Assembly: GCA_002397465.1 (NCBI GenBank)
Contig: DHAP01000032.1
Coordinates: forward strand, 1 to 57,753
Reading direction: 5' to 3'
Length of the DNA stretch: 57,753 nucleotides
Source of the DNA: Bacillales bacterium UBA4951
GTDB taxonomy: Bacteria; Bacillota_I; Bacilli_A; RFN20; CAG-826
In this document: positions 54,770 through 57,753 of the stretch, one piece after another
Layout: each line of letters begins with the position of its first letter
Numbering within the stretch: position 1 is the first letter of the stretch
Notes under the pieces: generated by a model
Seen by the model: the letters and a program-made list of their open reading frames with translations, nothing else
The model's database searches: none
Told to the model about the DNA's origin: nothing
Position numbers and translations under genes: made by a program

Positions 54770-54887
54770 AACATCATCTTTTTGACGGTTTTCAGTTCGT
54801 TGCCTAGACATTAATGTCTAAGCCTCTCTCGTTTTTTACGTCGATAAGCGATAGACTATCAAGGCTAAGAAGCAATTGAGGATTTTT

Positions 54888-56402
54888 ATGGAAGAGAAAC
54901 AGACGCCGAACAATCAGCAGGCCTCCTTGAACGATCAGGAACAGGCCCGTTTTGACAAACTAGCCAAATATCAGGAACTAGGAGTCGATCCTTTTGGTTC
55001 CCGTTTTGAATGGAAAGACCGCATCGTCGACATCAGAAAGAACTATGGCTCATTGAAGGCGGAAGAGCTTGAAGAGAAGCCCGTCACCGTCATCGTGGCC
55101 GGACGCCTTATGGCCATCAGAAGGATGGGCAAGGCCAGCTTCGTCAACTTGAAGGACGAGTATGGCTCAATCCAGGCCTGGATCGGTCTCAACGTCATCG
55201 GAGAGCATGACTATTCGGTTTTCAAACTCGCTGACTTAGGCGACATCGTCGGACTTGAGGGCACCTTGATGCTCACGAGGACCGGCGAGCTCACCATCAG
55301 GGTCAACAAATACACCCACATCACCAAATGCCTCAAACCGCTTCCGGAGAAATTCCACGGACTCACCGACACCGAGGATCGTTACAGGAAGAGGTATCTC
55401 GACTTGCTCGTGAACGATGACTCAAGAAAGATCGCTTTGACGAGGCCAAGGATCATCCGTGGCATTCAGAAATATTGCGATGATTTAGGATTCGTCGAGG
55501 TCGAGACCTCGGTCTTCTCACCGATTTTAGGCGGCGCGAGCGCCAAGCCGTTCATCACCCATTTCAACGCCCTCGACAGAGACTTCTATCTCCGTATCGC
55601 CACCGAGCTCAACCTCAAGAAGTGCATGGTCGGCGGCATCGACAGGGTCTATGAGATCGGCCGTATCTTCAGAAACGAAGGCATCGACACCAGACATAAC
55701 CCGGAGTTCACCACCATCGAGCTTTATCAGGCTTATGGCGATTTGAGCGATATGCGTCACTGGCTCGAAGGCCTGTTCCATTACATCGCCAAAGAGGTGA
55801 TCGGCAAAGAGGTCTATCACTATGCCGGAAACGACATCGACGTTTCAAAGCCGTTCGCTTGGGTTGACCAAGCCGAGAGCATCAAAAACGTCTGCGGCGT
55901 CGACTTCAAAGAGCACATCAGCTACGAAGAAGCGGTGTCCCTTGCCAAAAAGTTCAACGTCCCGCTTCAGAAATCCTGGAACAGCGTCGGCTACATCCAG
56001 CAGGCTTTCTTCGACGAGTTAGTCGAGAAGACCTTGATCCAGCCAACCTTCATCCACACCTATCCGATCGAGGTCTCGCCGCTTACCAAGAAGACTTCTG
56101 ACCCACGCTTCGTCGACAGATTTGAACTCTTCATCGCCGGAACCGAATTCGGCAACGCCTATAGCGAGCTCAACAACCCCTTCGACCAGAAGGAACGCTT
56201 CGAGGCTCAGTTGGCCGCCAAAGAAAGAGGCGACGACGAGGCCAACGAGATGGACGAATCCTTCCTCGACGCCCTCAGCTATGGCATGCCGCCAGCTGGT
56301 GGAATCGGAGTCGGCGTCGACCGTTTCACGATGCTCTTCACTGAGCAGGACAACATCCGTGAAGTCCTTCTCTTCCCGACTTTGAAGACCATCGACAAAT
56401 AG
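54888..56402 (+). CDS. lysS: Lysine--tRNA ligase, class II
   Basis: An OB anticodon-binding N-domain, motif 2 FRNEGIDTRHNPEFTTIE and motif 3 GGIGVGVDRFTMLF are present. GAGGA lies 5 nt upstream of the ATG at 54888. Confidence 0.95.
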   Translation: MEEKQTPNNQQASLNDQEQARFDKLAKYQELGVDPFGSRFEWKDRIVDIRKNYGSLKAEELEEKPVTVIVAGRLMAIRRMGKASFVNLKDEYGSIQAWIGLNVIGEHDYSVFKLADLGDIVGLEGTLMLTRTGELTIRVNKYTHITKCLKPLPEKFHGLTDTEDRYRKRYLDLLVNDDSRKIALTRPRIIRGIQKYCDDLGFVEVETSVFSPILGGASAKPFITHFNALDRDFYLRIATELNLKKCMVGGIDRVYEIGRIFRNEGIDTRHNPEFTTIELYQAYGDLSDMRHWLEGLFHYIAKEVIGKEVYHYAGNDIDVSKPFAWVDQAESIKNVCGVDFKEHISYEEAVSLAKKFNVPLQKSWNSVGYIQQAFFDELVEKTLIQPTFIHTYPIEVSPLTKKTSDPRFVDRFELFIAGTEFGNAYSELNNPFDQKERFEAQLAAKERGDDEANEMDESFLDALSYGMPPAGGIGVGVDRFTMLFTEQDNIREVLLFPTLKTIDK

Positions 56403-56425
56403 TCTTTGCCTTTCTGAATAAATCA

Positions 56426-56452
56426 GGCTCGCCACAAGAGGCGGGCCTTTTT
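56426..56452 (+). terminator. Intrinsic terminator of lysS
   Basis: The stem GGCTCGCC/GGCGGGCC is 8 bp with one G:U pair. The loop is ACAAGA and TTTTT follows. Confidence 0.75.
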
Positions 56453-56568
56453 GAATATCTTGGGCAAATAGAGAAAATGGGGCCTATAAATAGATGTAGG
56501 TCACCATGGTGGCCCACTTAACAAACGCAGTCTTAGTCAGTGTGCTTTTCGATCCGAGGAAACTCTAT

Positions 56569-56597
56569 TTGCTTATGCCCCTCCGTCATAATATAAT
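56569..56597 (+). promoter_or_regulatory. rpsF operon promoter
   Basis: The layout is TTGCTT (56569-56574), a 17-nt spacer, then a perfect TATAAT (56592-56597). Confidence 0.6.
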
Positions 56598-56604
56598 TAT
56601 GACC

Positions 56605-56626
56605 GCCTCTAAGAAGGAATAGAGGC
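56605..56626 (+). promoter_or_regulatory. Hairpin at the 5' end of the ~90-nt rpsF leader
   Basis: It has a perfect 7-bp stem GCCTCTA/TAGAGGC with the loop AGAAGGAA. It starts at about the predicted TSS. Confidence 0.5.
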
Positions 56627-56694
56627 CACATACTCTTATGGTCACACGTGTTTCACGAGGTGATCCTTAAGACCAAAATTAGGAGGTGTAAGCC

Positions 56695-56982
56695 ATGAAA
56701 AAGTACGAGATCATGTACATCCTTACCGCAACGTTAGATGATAACGCCCGCAAGGATGAGATCGCCAAACTCCAGGGAATCCTTGAATCTAACAAAGCCA
56801 AGGTCACCGATGTCAAGGAGTGGGGCGTCAAAGATTTCGCTTACCCGATCAAAAAGCAAACCAAGGGTTATTACGTCATTCTCAAAGTCAGCGCCGAGAA
56901 TGCCGCCCTCAAGGAATTTGATCGCTTAGCGAAGCTTGACAACAACGTCATCCGCCACTTGGTTACGAACGATCAAGACTAA
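56695..56982 (+). CDS. rpsF: 30S ribosomal protein S6
   Basis: MKKYEIMYIL... is 95 aa. AGGAGG lies at 56681-56686. It is the first gene of the conserved rpsF-ssb-rpsR operon. Confidence 0.95.
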   Translation: MKKYEIMYILTATLDDNARKDEIAKLQGILESNKAKVTDVKEWGVKDFAYPIKKQTKGYYVILKVSAENAALKEFDRLAKLDNNVIRHLVTNDQD

Positions 56983-57012
56983 GATTGAAGATCAAGAGGA
57001 GGATCATTAGAA

Positions 57013-57471
57013 ATGTTAAACCGTGTTGTGTTGATTGGTCGTATGACCAGGGATCCGGAACTTCGCAAAACGACTTCCGGACTGTCAGTCGCTTCCTTCG
57101 CGATTGCCGTCGACGATTCCTACAAACAGCCTGATGGGACGAAGAATACGCTCTTCATGAACTGCTCGATCTTTGGCAATAAAGCCGAGAACGTCGCAAA
57201 GTTCACCCGCAAAGGTTCGCTCGTGGCCGTCGAAGGACGTCTTAACCAAAGAAAATACACTCGCAAAACGGACAACGTCCAGATCAGCGTCGTCGAAGTC
57301 ATTGCCGACAATGTCGAATTCTTAGACCCGAAAGGCTCACAGCCCAGTGACAACGGAGGCTATAGTGCCGACCGCAACGCACCGAGCGCACCAGCCAGCC
57401 AGGTCGAAGAAAAGAAAGATTCCGGCAATCTTGACTCCATCGATGTCGTGGATGACGATCTTCCATTCTAA
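57013..57471 (+). CDS. ssb: Single-stranded DNA-binding protein
   Basis: The OB fold MLNRVVLIGRMTRDPELRKT and the acidic C-terminal tip DDDLPF are present. Confidence 0.95.
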   Translation: MLNRVVLIGRMTRDPELRKTTSGLSVASFAIAVDDSYKQPDGTKNTLFMNCSIFGNKAENVAKFTRKGSLVAVEGRLNQRKYTRKTDNVQISVVEVIADNVEFLDPKGSQPSDNGGYSADRNAPSAPASQVEEKKDSGNLDSIDVVDDDLPF

Positions 57472-57492
57472 AAATAGAAAGGATATCAAGTT

Positions 57493-57723
57493 ATGGGATT
57501 CAAGAAAATGAGGCCGAGGAAAAAGGTCTGCTACTTCACAAAGAACCATATCGCATACGTCGATTATAAGGATGTCGAGCTTCTCACCAGGTTTGTTAAC
57601 CCGGATGGCAAGATTTCCCCACGTAGTGCGACTGGAACTTGCGCCAAGTATCAGCGCCAGTTAGCCAAAGCCGTCAAGAACGCCCGCTTCATGGGATTAC
57701 TCCCTGAGCCGGGACAAAAATAA
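57493..57723 (+). CDS. rpsR: 30S ribosomal protein S18
   Basis: [15 protein letters not shown]...[31 protein letters not shown] is present. Confidence 0.95.
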   Translation: MGFKKMRPRKKVCYFTKNHIAYVDYKDVELLTRFVNPDGKISPRSATGTCAKYQRQLAKAVKNARFMGLLPEPGQK

Positions 57724-57753
57724 TCGTTTTTGTGACAGGACGAAGTCGTTCTT

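Overview
57.7-kb chromosomal window using the standard genetic code (TGA is a stop, e.g. pth at 21661-21663 and dusB at 20020-30022 region, 30020-30022). Coding density is high and the intergenic spacers are visibly AT-rich. I found no rRNA, tRNA, CRISPR array, transposase or integrase. The backbone is the origin-proximal housekeeping set of Bacillota in compacted, sporulation-free form: pth-mfd-rqcP(yabO)-tilS-like-ftsH-dusB ... lysS, rpsF-ssb-rpsR. Every exported protein I can see is a lipoprotein, and two ABC ATPases carry insertions or fusions. That suggests a reduced Bacillota/Mollicutes-like lineage, but this is inference only. Left third (1-20 kb): DUF362 fragment, Zn-type macrodomain protein, MFS transporter, ferritin-like/VIT1 iron transporter convergent with a Fur-family regulator, ppdK, MBL hydrolase, a complete GDP-D-glycero-alpha-D-manno-heptose operon (hddA, fused hddC-gmhB, gmhA) divergent from an FGGY kinase, an AT-rich gene-poor spacer with an unannotated 33-codon hydrophobic ORF, a TetR/DUF368 divergent pair, and an SBP/fused-permease/ATPase importer whose ATPase has large insertions. 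Between dusB and lysS lies about 25 kb of accessory genes: MarR plus a heterodimeric ABC exporter, a CPA2 antiporter with a coupled unknown ORF, a LysR regulator, and a 17.6-kb LacI-headed glycan-utilisation locus. That locus encodes two paralogous beta-helix glycosidase lipoproteins, an 869-aa five-module lipoprotein of unknown function, an ABC importer, two tandem GH65 phosphorylase-like genes, and an in-frame beta-phosphoglucomutase::ABC-ATPase fusion. I consider this locus, and the fusion in particular, the most novel content. A TilS homologue with a degenerate PP-loop is the second most interesting item. All functional calls come from motifs read by eye; no database search was possible.
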